DNA of 64,000 bases from Octopus vulgaris (GCA_951406725.2 OX597830.1:24180001-24244000), one strand, 5' to 3'; counted from the first letter of the stretch, positions 1 to 13,490 are shown. Numbers and translations: made by a program. The notes: generated from the letters alone by a model not told the origin.

Positions 1-152
1 GGCTGCTAAGCCTAAACGAGGCTGTGGTGGCGATCGCGTAAATCAAGCTTGATACACACACGCACACACAAACTCACACACTCACACACACATATATAGA
101 TATATATATACCTACATATATATATATGTATATATATATGTGTGTGTGTGTG

Positions 153-187
<35 letters not shown>

Positions 188-453
188 ATTTGTATATGTA
201 TGCAGACACACAAACACACACAGGGGCATCTCAATCGTAAATAGAGACGCCTCATTATTCCTCTTTATTTCTGCAGATACAACATGGTGCATTAAGCATG
301 TTAATGTATTACGCACAAGGCATATCTCCTAAATACTAGACTGAATATTTCAATGCATCATATGACATTATAAAAGAAATCATTAATTTGTTGCTAGAAA
401 TTATTTAGCGAATGATGGTGTCTATTCACTTTTGAGATGCCAAAGTGTGTATT

Positions 454-509
<56 letters not shown>

Positions 510-845
510 TTTAGTGCATATAAGTAGTCTCTATCATTATATATAATTTAAACTTTAATTTCCTTTATATTTAACATTCACTATTAATATCCCTACTCTT
601 TCTGTTAGCTACTTATGACGTTATATCATATAACGTTTTTTTTAAAACAATATTAATAGCGTTCTGTCTATCGCTATACAAATCCATCATTTTTTGCTAA
701 AATGTCTTATTGACGAGTTTCGTTTTTTTCACTTTCCTGAGGAGAAGATTGCATTGTTTATACCATTTATTCTTTTGAATAGTATCAGTGGAATTTTCGA
801 AACATATGTCGAAAGTAAAAATATTTGATATATATATATATATAT

Positions 846-921
846 CGGTTACGACGATGATGGTTCCAGCTAATACGATCAACGGAACAGCTTGCTTGTG
901 AAATTAACGTGCAAGTGGCTG
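846..921 (-). mobile_element. SINE family C, 3' fragment
   Basis: tcggttacgacg...gatcaacggaacag...gtgaaattaacgtgcaagtggctg matches the 3' end of the copies at 55482-55818 and 55868-56220. Confidence 0.75.
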
Positions 922-1139
922 GCGAAAAAAAAATCTTGAAGACTTGAAAGTTTCTCTGTCCTATTCGTTCACTAGGTATTTTGTCGATATTCCTCGTTTT
1001 TGGATGTCAGGAGAATAACATTCAAAATAAATGTCACAATTTCAATGTTGTAAACGTCACGAGTCCGAGAGAACTTTAAACTGCTTCTTTTAGGGGGAAG
1101 CCTGCTTCAACAGTTCCAGTGTTCTGACGTATTCTTTTA

Positions 1140-1680
<541 letters not shown>

Positions 1681-1749
1681 GTATATGTGATGCTGCCGTT
1701 TAGCCAATATTATTCCCAAATCTACTTTGCCCTGGAATAGTAGCACCTC

Positions 1750-2340
1750 TCAGGGTCCCAGCTATTAGTTAACTGGCATGTGTCAAAAATGTCTCTAGGA
1801 TAAGATTACTCATAGACATCTCGACGGATAGAGTAGATGAGGATCTTCAGATCTTTAGGTGCTCGTCTAGGGGAAGGTAAATCCATACTAATCATGCATG
1901 CTGATAACCACTGACCTCGTGGCACTTGCTGCACCAGAGCAATACGAGTTTGAAGGACGATAGAACAGGACTGGATCTGCACAAGCCATGTCCACAATGA
2001 TAATATTCAGGACTTGTTCAGTAAACCAAGACATCAGCACCACTAGTATGGTTCTTTCTTCGTAAATCCAGTGACGATAGTAAATTGGCGATAGGGACGG
2101 ATAATCGATGCTAGTAGATGACTTGTTCTTTGAACCTGGAAACATGTAGCCATAGGGTGGAAAAAAGTTTTCAGCTATGATTTGATAAATCCTTATTCAC
2201 CAAAGCTTGAGAGAATTCATAATCCTCAAAGTACAGGAAGAATAGCCACGAATAGGATTTTCTTAGTACGCTAATCGAATTATGATGCAATTATTACTGA
2301 TGGAAATCTTATACGGAAATGAGAACCTCTTGAAAAGGCC
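1750..2340 (+). mobile_element. Possible highly decayed CR1-like LINE RT remnant
   Basis: Scattered motifs across frames: SDDSKL (~ADDTKL), LNLETC (~FNVEKC), KVQ-RIAT (~KVQRRAT); many stops. Confidence 0.3.
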
Positions 2341-2424
2341 ATTACCGACTCTAAGCTGATGTTGTTTTCACTTTTGAACACTGTATTAATGTATTTATAT
2401 TCCTAGGGTTCTTTGAAGTAAGCA

Positions 2425-2459
<35 letters not shown>

Positions 2460-2493
2460 ATATATATATATATATGTATATAGATATATATGT

Positions 2494-2576
<83 letters not shown>

Positions 2577-2649
2577 ATATACACATATATACACATATAT
2601 ATACAAACATATATATACACAAATACACATATAATGCACGTGTATACAT

Positions 2650-3063
2650 ATGGCGTTACTGTGTGGTAAGGAGCATGCTTTCCAACCACATGGTTCCACA
2701 TTTAGTCCCACTGTTTGGCACCTTGGGCAAGTGTCTTCTATTATAGCTTCGGGCCGACCAATGCCTTGCGAGTAGATTTGGTAGACAGAAACTGAAAGAA
2801 GACAGTCGTAAATATATATTTCTTTACTACCCACAAGGGGCTAAACACAGAGAGGACAAACAAGGACAGACAAACGGATTAAATCGATTACATCGACCCC
2901 AGTGCGTAACTGGTACTTAATTTATCGATCCCGAAAGGATGAAAGGCAAAGTCGACCTCGGCGGAGTTTGAACCCAGAACGTAACGGCAGACGAAATACG
3001 GCTGCGCATTTCGCCCGGCGTGCTAACGTTTCTACCAGCTCGCCGCCTTAGTCGTAAATATAG

Positions 3064-3099
<36 letters not shown>

Positions 3100-3290
3100 T
3101 GTGTCTTTGTCCGCCCATCATCGCTTGACAACCGATGTTGGAGTTTACGTCCCCACATCCTAGCGGTTCGGCTTAAGAGATTGATAGATGGCTTACAACG
3201 AATAAGTCCCGGGTTCGATTTCTTCGACTAAAACGTTTTTCAGACCTGCTCCAGCGTCGCCACAGTCTAATAACTAAAACAAGTAACGAT
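2650..3290 (+). mobile_element. SINE family A, full length, interrupted by a family B SINE
   Basis: Head ctgtgtggtaag...ggcaccttgggcaagtgtcttc...gaaactgaaagaa at 2650-2810, (TG)n, tail 3120-3290. Confidence 0.85.
2817..3049 (-). mobile_element. tRNA-derived SINE family B (Meta-domain-like), monomer with 13-bp TSD
   Basis: Minus: aaggcggcgagctggtagaaacgttagc...gaggtcgactttgcctttcatcctttcgg...ggtagtaaagaaata; flanked by agtcgtaaatata at 2804-2816 and 3050-3062. Confidence 0.9.
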
Positions 3291-3450
3291 AACAGAATAT
3301 ATATATATATCTATACCAGAGTAAGCGCATTAATGCGAGACAAGGCGGAAAAATAGTACCTGAATACCAGCGGTAGAGTTATACGTTTTATTAAAGCTGA
3401 TATTGTTGCTGTTTTTTAATATAGTATGTATATGTATATGCATATGTATA

Positions 3451-3503
<53 letters not shown>

Positions 3504-3539
3504 GCCATATATTAGTCTAATTCGTCCTTAGTCGAAAGA

Positions 3540-3737
3540 CACCCGTTGCTAATGTCCTGTTATTTATATTTGTGTACATTTTCTCCGTTTATTTTCCGTC
3601 CTTGTTTTCGTATACATTCGCTGCTTTCTTCCAAGGAATCTGGTGCTTTTAACTTAGTTTTCCCTTGGGGCTGGCCTGATTGGAGCAATCTCGAGTATAA
3701 CCAGCCGAAATTGCAAAGATAATCTAGTACTCGACTG
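3540..3737 (+). mobile_element. Interspersed repeat, probable PLE terminal region
   Basis: cttagttttcccttggggctggcctgattggagcaatctcgagtataaccagccgaaattgc recurs diverged at 38360-38450. Confidence 0.5.
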
Positions 3738-4105
3738 AGCTTCCTTCTCAACCACATGGTTCCGGGTTCAGTCCCATTGCGTGGCACCTTGGGCAGGTGT
3801 CTTTTACTATAGCCACGGTCCGACAAATTCCTTGTGAGTGGATTTGATAGACGGAAACTGAAAGAAGCCCGTCATATATATCTAAATATATATATGTATA
3901 TTTGTATCTTTGTGTTGTGTTTGTCTCCCCATCATAGCTTGACTGATGTCGGTCGGTGTGTTTACGCTCCCGTAAATTAGCGGTTCAGTAAAACAGGCCG
4001 ATGGAATAAGTACCAGGCTCACAAAGAATAAGTTCTGTGGTCGATTTCTTCAACTAAAAAAAAGACGTAGTCAAATGACTGAAACAAACAAACAAGTAGA
4101 AGAAT
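3738..4105 (+). mobile_element. SINE family A, 5'-truncated
   Basis: caaccacatggttccgggttcagtcccattgcgtggcaccttgggcagg...tail agtcaaatgactgaaacaa. Confidence 0.85.
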
Positions 4106-4430
4106 AGACTGGAAATCTAAGAAATTTTTATAAATTCCTGAGTGTAATATAACTAGTAAAAGAATGGAGGTATTAGTATTACATTGATTCTTTGGTTATG
4201 ACCGTTTCAACAACAGATGGACCAGTAAATCGTTTAACATGGTGGAAAACATAAGTGCATCAATATAAACGATCATCAGGTGATTCTAAGCTGTGTTATA
4301 TGCGGTCAATTCATCAAGGCTGAATGAACAAATCGATACAGTGATCATATAGAATTACATGGAATTAAAGAGGGGGGGTTAAGAGGACTAGAAAGAGGAG
4401 GTGGAGGAGAAGGAGAAAGACGACAAAAAA

Positions 4431-4548
4431 TGAAGAAAAAGAAGAAGATGAAGAAGAAGAAGAAGAAGAAGAAGAAGAAGAAGAAGAAGAAGAAGAAGAA
4501 GAAGAAGAAGAAGAAGAAGAAGAAGAAGAAGAAGAAGAAGAAGAAGAA
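4431..4548 (+). repeat. (GAA)n microsatellite
   Basis: Direct reading. Confidence 0.97.
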
Positions 4549-4676
4549 GGAAAAACACTGACGATTGCCATAATAGAAGTACGAACGTCGGAATTACATC
4601 TACCACTCCTTTCACCCTAACCTCTACAATTTTTATCACCCTCATATGCACACGAAACACAGCGACCACCACCACT

Positions 4677-4710
<34 letters not shown>

Positions 4711-4960
4711 CTACCACCTCAGAACAATCGATACCACATGTTGTTAAACCCTCTCTCATCTTCCAATAACTGGTTTATCCATTAACTTTCAGTAAGGGTT
4801 TGTGTTTGTTCGTCTTTTTTTTTTACTACATTTACCAGAAAATACAAGAATATTTCTAGGAGGCCATATTTAGCACCGTTTTAGTACCTGTCAGTTGATA
4901 AATAATTTATGCCATTGCTCAAGATAAGGATAAACGGAACATCTATTTACTGTGTCATAT

Positions 4961-5071
<111 letters not shown>

Positions 5072-5148
5072 ATTGTTAACAAGGGAAAAATACACACATT
5101 GATTTATATATTTATATGTATACATATGTGTGTGTATGTATGTATGCA

Positions 5149-5187
<39 letters not shown>

Positions 5188-5301
5188 TATATACATATAT
5201 ATATATATAGATAGATTGATAGACATACATAGAGATATACACACACATATATATATACTTAATTTATATACATACATATATACGCAAATATATCTATATG
5301 C

Positions 5302-5335
<34 letters not shown>

Positions 5336-5739
5336 ATGCCTAATTGTTTGTACGTGTATGTATTTATATACGTGTGTGTGCATATAATATAAATACATAT
5401 ATACATACACATACACATATATTGACAAATACCCACACATACACCACGAACGCACACACACACACAAACAAACAAACACACACATACACAAAGAAATATA
5501 TATATATATATATATATATATACCCGGCACCGTCTCTTTGATGGAGATCCGCGCTCTTTTCTTTATCTTCTTCGTCATGATAATCACATGAAGAGGACAA
5601 CTAACTTCAAATAACAGAGCATATTTTTTTTTGTTTGTTTCTCTGTTTATTTTTTTCTTGTTACTTCGTCACTGATCACATCGATTTCGTATCGATTTTA
5701 TCTGGGATTTAATGTTCGTGTGATCATCACTCTTAAAGG

Positions 5740-6035
5740 TCATCAACATCATCATCATCAACGTCGTCATTATCATCGTCATCATCACCATCGTAACCGT
5801 TATTATTGATGTTATTTATTGTAATCATCCTCATCCTCCTCCTCCTCATCATCATCATCACTATCATCATCATCACCATCACTATCATCCTCGTTATTTC
5901 TATTATTATTATTATTATTATTGTGGTTGTTATTTGTCAGAAAGCATTATCATTGAAAATTTTCAGAATTCAACATCATCATCGTAGTCGTCGTCGTCGT
6001 CGTCGTCATCGCTGTCGTACATGTCATTGTCATCG
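5740..6035 (+). repeat. Degenerate (ATC)/(ATT)/(GTC) trinucleotide tract
   Basis: Direct reading. Confidence 0.85.
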
Positions 6036-6039
6036 CCAG

Positions 6040-6182
6040 GCTGATCGAGTCAGCAGAATCGTTAGAACATTAGACAAAATACGTTGTGGTATTTCTTCCG
6101 ACTCTAATTTTTGGGTTAGTTTCACTCCCACCGAGATCAATTTTTATCTTTGATATTTTGGCGGTCGATGAAAGAAATGACA
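6040..6182 (+). mobile_element. Old degraded SINE family B copy
   Basis: gcagaatcgttagaacattagacaaaat...ccaccgagatcaatt...ggtcgatgaaa aligns to the family B head and Meta-like domain. Confidence 0.6.
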
Positions 6183-6184
6183 AC

Positions 6185-6829
6185 AGATCACTGGTGCCGA
6201 TTGCTATCGCATGTGGAATGGATCTGTCTGTCGACTGAGTTCGTAGTGATGACTGCACCACCACCCGACTTCAATCGGGCAAGCAAGGCAGTTTTCCTTT
6301 GCCTGGTGGCTGTGGCGAAAGAAGTTGTTTGGTGCACAAGGCTGAAATGCACGAGGACAGATACATTCCTCTTTGGCAGAGCTCTCATTGACTTTTTCAA
6401 GTTTCACTTGAAAACGAAATTGAGAGTAGCAAGGGAAGTGCTGTCCCCGGGTGAGTTTATTGAAAGGTGGGTGAAAGTTGCAAAAACGGTAAGAGTGGAT
6501 GGTCCCTCTCTGTGTGTAGACCTGTGAGTCAGAGAGAAGGAATTGGAGAGGGCGTTTGCTCCTAGGGATTCAGGAAAATCTCTGACAGTAGGGTTCCTCG
6601 ATTATCCCTAGAGGCGTTCCTGTATCAGGAGGGCCACATCTCTATCATCCTCTTCCCCTGTTTTTCTTTTGTTTATCTTTGTATGCTATGCGTATGTCCC
6701 TTCATTTCCGGTGTATACCGTTTATTCTTGATTCTATATTTTCTTTTATCATTACATATCAACCCCACCAACATTTTATGTCTGTATCTGTATTGTCCCC
6801 TCATCCTTCGCCCCTGTGGCAAATAATTG

Positions 6830-6830
<1 letters not shown>
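6185..6830 (+). mobile_element. L1/Tx1-clade LINE, 3' end (ORF2 C-terminus and 3' UTR)
   Basis: ORF 6150-6527 LVAVAKEVVWCTRLK...LIDFFKFHLKTKLRVAREVLSPGEFIERW resembles the Tx1/L1 ORF2 C-terminus (K-x-x-x-W-x-x-R ... F-x-x-x-W); pyrimidine-rich UTR runs into an (ATC)n tail. Confidence 0.65.
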
Positions 6831-6872
<42 letters not shown>

Positions 6873-6964
6873 TATTATTACTATTATTACAGCAACATCG
6901 TTATCATCGTTATCATCCCCATCATCTTATTCTACATCGTTATCATCTTCATCGTCGTCGTCGC

Positions 6965-6996
<32 letters not shown>

Positions 6997-7100
6997 CCGT
7001 CCTTGCCACCATCACCATCGCCACCACCATCACCACCGTCATCACCACCACCATCACCATCAGCGCCACCTCAACCATGACCACCACCTTCACCACGACC
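6831..7100 (+). repeat. (ATC)n/(ACC)n low-complexity tract
   Basis: Direct reading. Confidence 0.9.
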
Positions 7101-7472
7101 AACGCCATATTTTCCCTGTTTAATGCAAGTGTTCCACAGCATTACATTTATGTACGACATCGTTTTACGGGAATAAAGGATTGCGTTCATATAACTTAGA
7201 TCAATTCTGTTTGTTTTGTTTTCCCTCCGTTCTTGTGAGATTTGGTTTGTTGTTTCGGTTGTTATTTTCGTTGCTATTTTAGCCTGTTTGTTTGCAGTGC
7301 AGAAAGAGCACATTAACATTATGGGTTGTGTTTGTTTCACTGGGTGCTGTTTGTGTTTGTAATGTGTTGTGTGCTTACTAGGTTGTTTATCTTTCGCTGT
7401 TGGACAATGCTTCTGAAGAATATGGGATGCGTGGGCTGTATTATATAAATGGCAGGCAATTGTCAGTACACC

Positions 7473-7545
7473 TTCTCCTCGACTTACGACCGAGTTCTGT
7501 TCCGACGGACAGGTCGTAAGTCGAACTGGTCGTATGTCGGATTTA
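7473..7545. mobile_element. pogo/Tigger-like terminal sequence
   Basis: cctcgacttacgacc...ggtcgtaagtcga internal inverted repeat typical of Tigger-like MITE ends; the other end was not found. Confidence 0.45.
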
Positions 7546-7609
7546 TAAATTTCAACACTATTTTCATTCAAACGCAACTGGTGCTTGGAAGCGATTGAGT
7601 GAGAGATAG

Positions 7610-8115
7610 TTGCAGGCAGTGGGATGCCTGGGTCTGAGAGAGGCCTGCCTTGCCAAATGCTGCCATAATTATAGTACTCGCATTCTTTTCGGTAATGTAA
7701 AGATTAGAATCCTACTGCCTCACATATGACCTTCCAGCAGCAACCCTCTCCAGCCAGGGATTGACCACAGTCAATTTCATATAACTGTCTGAATGAAGTT
7801 TATTTTGTACTTGTTGGATGAATTCCGGACACAATCAGAACGCCTGATATTTTCACGTCCTGGTGGGCACGGCTTCGTGATCTCCATTGCAGCTGTTTAT
7901 ATCACGCCTTACACTTTTATAGTGTTCACTGGGTATTGAGTAGCAGTCAAGATGTCGGCATTTTGATACTTGTTGCGAATCACCACGACACAAGTAACTC
8001 TTTTTCAATATGCAGATGGTTTCCACTCCTCCATGTCAGCTAATTTTTTTCTCAACTACATCTTAAATCTTTCTGCTCTCCAACGCCGCTGATTATTCTA
8101 CAACACAGCAAGCTG
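7610..8115 (-). mobile_element. maT (DD37D) Tc1/mariner remnant, internally deleted
   Basis: Minus: VNPWLERVAAGRSYVRQ*DS near 7705-7775; 8035-8095 is homologous to 16195-16255 and 28080-28140. Confidence 0.65.
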
Positions 8116-8840
8116 GTCCTTCAAACGAGAAACATACAGAAAAATTCATCAAATTTATTCCAAACACGCTATATATTCCTTCAAATGTTTTACAACCCTT
8201 TGGTATGAAATGTTTTGCATTGTATGTTAAAACCCTTGTGCCCAATACAGGAACAATTATTATTAACAGTAACAGTAATAAATAGTGTCATTACAACTCT
8301 TATTGCTATTTAGATAGCATTGCAGATTGATCAAGCTACATTTTGACTTTGCTTTTCTGTTTTTTAACATTACATGTCACATCAAAACAACTGTGAAGAA
8401 AATTTTACACACACACACATATATATACACACGCATAACACCAATACATTTTCTAAGCAATATCGTGATGATACCTCTCATGTTATACAGATAGCTGAGA
8501 TATCGTTTCGCTTTGTATTCTCCCTTTTATTAATATATCTCGCGCGTACCATCAGCGTATATATTTCTTTCCCGTGCATTGATAAAATCTCTCGTATCAG
8601 CAAACGTATTACCCATTTTCATTTCTGATATCACACATATATAAATATGGTTTTTACTGTTAATGCTGTTGTTATTGAAGTATTTGTTGTTGTTGTTGCT
8701 GTTGTTGTTGTTATTTTGCACATACTTGATGAAATACACATTTCTGCAAAATATCTTTGTAATAGGCATCAAGATAAACAACTTAAACACATATTTACAC
8801 GCGCAAAATTACAGTCATTCATACATATATGCATGCACGC

Positions 8841-8886
<46 letters not shown>

Positions 8887-8895
8887 ATATATGTA

Positions 8896-8928
<33 letters not shown>

Positions 8929-8988
8929 GTGCATGTATGTATGTATATGTATGTATGTATGTATGTATATATATATATTTATACATAC

Positions 8989-9025
<37 letters not shown>

Positions 9026-9330
9026 AGAGAGACAGAGAGACAGAGAGAGAGAGAGATGAATAGAAAGATAGATTCACACACACGCATACGCACATGCATT
9101 CATATGCTTATCATTATTTGTCTCTCTCTCTCTCTCTCACTATATATATATATATAAATATTCTGTGTGTGTGCGCGAGTGTGCATGTGTGTGTGCACGA
9201 GTGTTTGTGTGTGTGTGCGCGCGTGCGCGTGAGACAAATAATTTTGCATAAATAACAACACGAAACAAATATGTAGATTCAAGTCATATTATTAAAATAG
9301 TTAACTAATGATTGAGTGTATGAAATTTTA

Positions 9331-9366
<36 letters not shown>

Positions 9367-9510
9367 GTGCGTGCGTGTGTGTGTGCGTGTGTATATATAT
9401 GTGTGTGTGTGTGTGCGTGTGTATATATATGTGTGTGTGTGTGTGTATATATACATGTATACATACATACACACACATACACACATATATATATATATGA
9501 CCACACACAA

Positions 9511-9643
9511 GAGGGGTTGCTGAAAAATTCCTTTATTTTAAGGGTGACGCGATAGGCTTGACTGTAGGCCTAAATTTCTCGGTTCTTTTACGGGGCTTAG
9601 AAAAAAAGATTCTCCTGTATTTTCTTTAACCCCAAACCAAGAA
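9511..9643 (+). mobile_element. mariner-derived MITE, degraded
   Basis: gaggggttgctgaaaaattcc TIR-like start; homologous to 10004-10172. Confidence 0.6.
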
Positions 9644-9644
9644 C

Positions 9645-9717
<73 letters not shown>

Positions 9718-9718
9718 C

Positions 9719-9806
<88 letters not shown>

Positions 9807-9807
9807 C
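9645..9807 (+). repeat. (TAGA)n microsatellite
   Basis: Direct reading. Confidence 0.97.
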
Positions 9808-10003
9808 ATATTAATCATTTGCAAGATCCAATTGAATCAAAGTATTTTAATAATGACACCAATTCTGTGCCGAGAATAGCATATCTGTGTATGAGCATTT
9901 TATATGGACACTCAGGCATATTTTAATGTATATATACGGAATCGTCCCATCATCTACAAACATATACGCATGAAAATACCAATATACCCATCAATATAAA
10001 TAT

Positions 10004-10172
10004 ACGAGGAGTGGTGAAAAGTTCCTGGCTTTAAGGGTATCGTGAAAGGCCTGGTTAAAGCTCTAATCTTCCGAGTTCGTTTACAGGCCTCAGAAAAAGT
10101 GAAGGACCGCTGCAATAAGTGCGCGAATCTGAGAGGAAACTAGGTTGAATGAAGTCACAATTAACTCATCCT
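10004..10172 (+). mobile_element. mariner-derived non-autonomous element
   Basis: tacgaggagtggtgaaaagttcc TIR-like start; internal TGLRKSEGPLQ/KDRCNKCANLRGN*VE resembles the mariner transposase C-terminus (RWQKCVDLxGDYVE). Confidence 0.65.
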
Positions 10173-10300
10173 CGAAATCATACACAGACTCACTCTAGCA
10201 TGTAGTTTCACGGTCGACGGTCACCCGGCCCGTCAACGAGCTGAAGTCAGCATATACTCTTTATGAGCCAAATCTTAAATATTTAATTTTAAATTTAAAT

Positions 10301-10395
10301 TTTAACATACCTGACGAAAGCAGTTATGTTTTTTCATGATGTAATTGATTTGTTCATGAATAAAAAAAACGTGCCTGAAACAGCTGTAGTTAATC
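10301..10395 (+). ncRNA. Type I hammerhead ribozyme motif, long stem II, degenerate stem I
   Basis: CTGACGA (10311), long imperfect stem II, GAAAC AGCT GTA (10377-10388) with palindromic stem III loop. Confidence 0.65.
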
Positions 10396-10659
10396 TCCAC
10401 CCATTTGTGTTCCTACTTAACATTTGTGAGATAAACATTTGTGTGTGTATGTGTGTGGGCGTTTGAGTTTGTGTGTGTGTGTGTGTGTATGTGTAGTTAT
10501 ATGTGTGTGTGTGATGTGCTTCCGCATAGTTTCTGTCTTCAAGAATGATTCAGGTTTTGGTGAGCACGAGGTTATTTGTTAAGACTCTTGTTCTAAATCC
10601 TAGACCACTTCTCTGGAAATCGAAATTCGTAACCACACCAGGCCTGCACCGACATTCAT

Positions 10660-10718
10660 TCATACATACATACATACATACATACATACATACATACATA
10701 CATACATACATACATACA

Positions 10719-10750
<32 letters not shown>

Positions 10751-10995
10751 GACAGATATAGAAACAGACATGCAGACAGATAGGCAGATAAGCAGACAAC
10801 TCGAATGATAGATGATAGATGAGAGATACTTAGATATATATATGGATGGATGGATGGATAGATAGATAAATAGATAAATTTATCGATAGATAGGCAGATA
10901 GATAGATAGATACATACATACATACATTCATACATACATACATACATACATACGTACGTACGTACATACATACATGCATACATACATACATACAC
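10660..10995 (+). repeat. (TACA)n/(TAGA)n compound microsatellite
   Basis: Direct reading. Confidence 0.92.
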
Positions 10996-11819
10996 ACATG
11001 TGGAAATTATTCCTGTTTAGGTTTTTCTCTTAGTATCATGCATTTGTTAATGTTCGTACATCTACTAAATATGAGCTGCATACAGAGAAAGACATAGGTT
11101 ATTTCCCTGTAAATTCACGACAACGATTGACTCCTCCATCTCACCCCGTGTTTCATACATCATATGGAGGCAATTACGTAACTTTTTTCATAAAAATTGT
11201 CTCTTGGCTGAGTTTCCAGTTTCGTGGACGAGAGAAGAAAGCTAAGAAAGCAAAAATGTTTTGTTTTTCTCGTGTGACTCAAAAACCGTGTTAATACAAT
11301 TACACTGAAATTTGCTTCGTATTTCCCGTTTCTTCACTCTATATCTATAAATAGACTGTTATGCATTCAAGCGCTTCATCAGTATAGAATAACAAGGTGT
11401 CAATTCTCAAGCCTTGTACAGTTTTGGACTCTGGTATTGAAATTATTTCCTCGCTTGTAAAAGCAGCTAATAATTGTGTAATACAGTTGAGAGCGAAGTA
11501 CATTATACTTTCCTCTTTTGGATTTCGTGTTGCATCACTCACTCTATCTACAAATGATAACGAGCTTTATCTGTAGACATTTAATATCTTCGGAGCGTCT
11601 TACTGTTTAGTACTATCGGCATAAATTGAGAGTTTATGTCTCATAGATAGTACAAATGAGATTAGCACCGATACAGCACATGATGTTATACATTTAGGGA
11701 GAGATAGACAGTAAGAACGGAAGGAAGGAAGAAAGAAACAAAGAAACAAAGAAACAAAGAAAGAAAAGAAGAAAGAAATGGTGAGAGCTTCATTCAGCTG
11801 CAACATTAGCATGTATATG

Positions 11820-12197
11820 TATGTATAGTTGCTTCCCAACATGGAATCGATGATTTTCCATCACAATAAAAATAACACTCGTCCAAGATCTTGTAATTGT
11901 AGATGCCCTGATAGCTGTCCCTTGAACTATATGTGCCGTGAAAACGAACATATGTACAAGCCCAGCATCGCGGGCAAGAACACAGCAGTAAAAACTTACA
12001 CTGGAATGAGTGGAAACAACTTTTGGGAGAGATATACTCAGCACTTGGTTTTGTTCTGAACAAAAGCAATACATCCTTTTTCAATATGGTATGGACCCTT
12101 AAAGAGAGGAACGATGACAACTCCCATATAAATTTGAGCATCATAGCTAAGGTCAGAACATGTGAACTCTGTATCGCAGAAATATTAAATGTCATAA
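11820..12197 (+). mobile_element. Penelope-like element GIY-YIG endonuclease remnant (Naiad-like)
   Basis: YSC/PNMESMIFHHNK...CNCRCPDSCPLNYMC...MYK...KTYTGMSGNNFWERYTQH, frameshift, then TSFFNMVWTLKE...INLSIIAK..CELCIAE; matches the CxC-x4-CPL...YIG...FKxRYxxH...W.LK...CxLCxxE pattern. Confidence 0.75.
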
Positions 12198-12415
12198 TAT
12201 TGGTTTAAATTTTGGCACCGAGACAGTAAGTTCGGGGAAGGTGGTATGTCGTCTACATCAACTCCAGTACTCTACTGGGGATTATTTTATCGACTCCGAA
12301 AGGATGGAAAGCAAAGTCGACCTCGGCTGAATTTGAAAACAGAATGGAAATACGGATGAAATGCTGATAAGCATTTACTCCGGCGTGCTTACGATATTAC
12401 CAGATCGCCGCCTTA
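12198..12415 (-). mobile_element. SINE family B, older subfamily
   Basis: Minus head aaggcggcgatctggtaatatcgtaagcacgccgg, Meta-like domain, tail ccaaaatttaaaccaatat. Confidence 0.8.
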
Positions 12416-12657
12416 TTAAGTATCATAATATTAACAGTGACTATTAGGGAAGAATCGTTCTCCACTTCCATGCACAAAGAACAATTCATATTTTGAAATT
12501 TGAATATATTCCCTCACCCACCTTACAACCTATCCAGCTTGGGTTAATATTTTCGCTACCTGTCATATGCGCAACATGCGCTACAGGCATATAACCACCA
12601 GGAACTCGTGCTGGATTTTTGAAGTACATCTCACACGATTCACAATTATATGTAAAA

Positions 12658-13006
12658 CTAGCAGTATAACCCGGCCTTGCCCGGGATTAAGTTACGATTA
12701 TTAAGCTTATCGAGTTCTTTATTTCAAACCAAACTAAGTAATATAGACATCAAATTTGGGCGAAATCCGTTGAAATTAGTTATATTATATATATGGCCAA
12801 CAGACACGAACACACATACACACACGTACGTACACCTATTGCATGTTCTGTGCACGCATACATGTTCATAAACAGAAATGAATGGAAAAAATGTTAAATT
12901 TGTAGATTAACACTCGCACGATTTTCACTAAAGTATATATACTATGACTATAAAATATAGTGCCTTTCAAAAATGAAAAACAAAACATTTTGCATCTTAT
13001 TTTTTA

Positions 13007-13077
<71 letters not shown>

Positions 13078-13490
13078 CCTCTCTCACTTTGTTTTCCCCG
13101 TGAAACTCTCTGCCTCCTTCTTCCACTTTCTTTATCTTATTTTTTTTGTTAGACGCCGGCAAGAACGTTGTCATTTAATCTCTGTCTCTCCCTCTCACAC
13201 TTTGTCTTTTCCGTGAAACTCTCTGCCTCCTTCCACTTTTCTTTATTTTTTTTTTTGTTAGATACCATCAAAAAAGTCAAGGTTGATATTTTTCGTGGCT
13301 AAAAGTTATATCTGAAAATAGATATTTACGCTACCCACGGGTGCCTCGGGGAAAAAATAAGTTGACAAAACCCAGACAGGGTGTTGACAAATGTTTTCCT
13401 AAAATTGGAGCGACATGCGTGCTAATTTGTGGAGTGCATAAATTACAATCACGTACACACACACACACATCCTCCCTTTTATAGATATGA
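12658..13490 (-). mobile_element. Non-autonomous Helitron
   Basis: Minus 3' end CTAG|T at 12658-12661 with hairpin cccggccttgcccggg (12670-12685); 5' end A|TC-ATATCTATAAAA near 13490; internal (CT)n and ~110-bp duplication at 13075-13265. Confidence 0.75.

Noticed and set aside
251-332. Splice acceptor ctctttatttctgcag at 276
   Set aside because: No matching donor or recognisable peptide downstream
11345-11542. Possible additional GIY-YIG fragment
   Set aside because: Diagnostic YIG, R and H residues not identifiable
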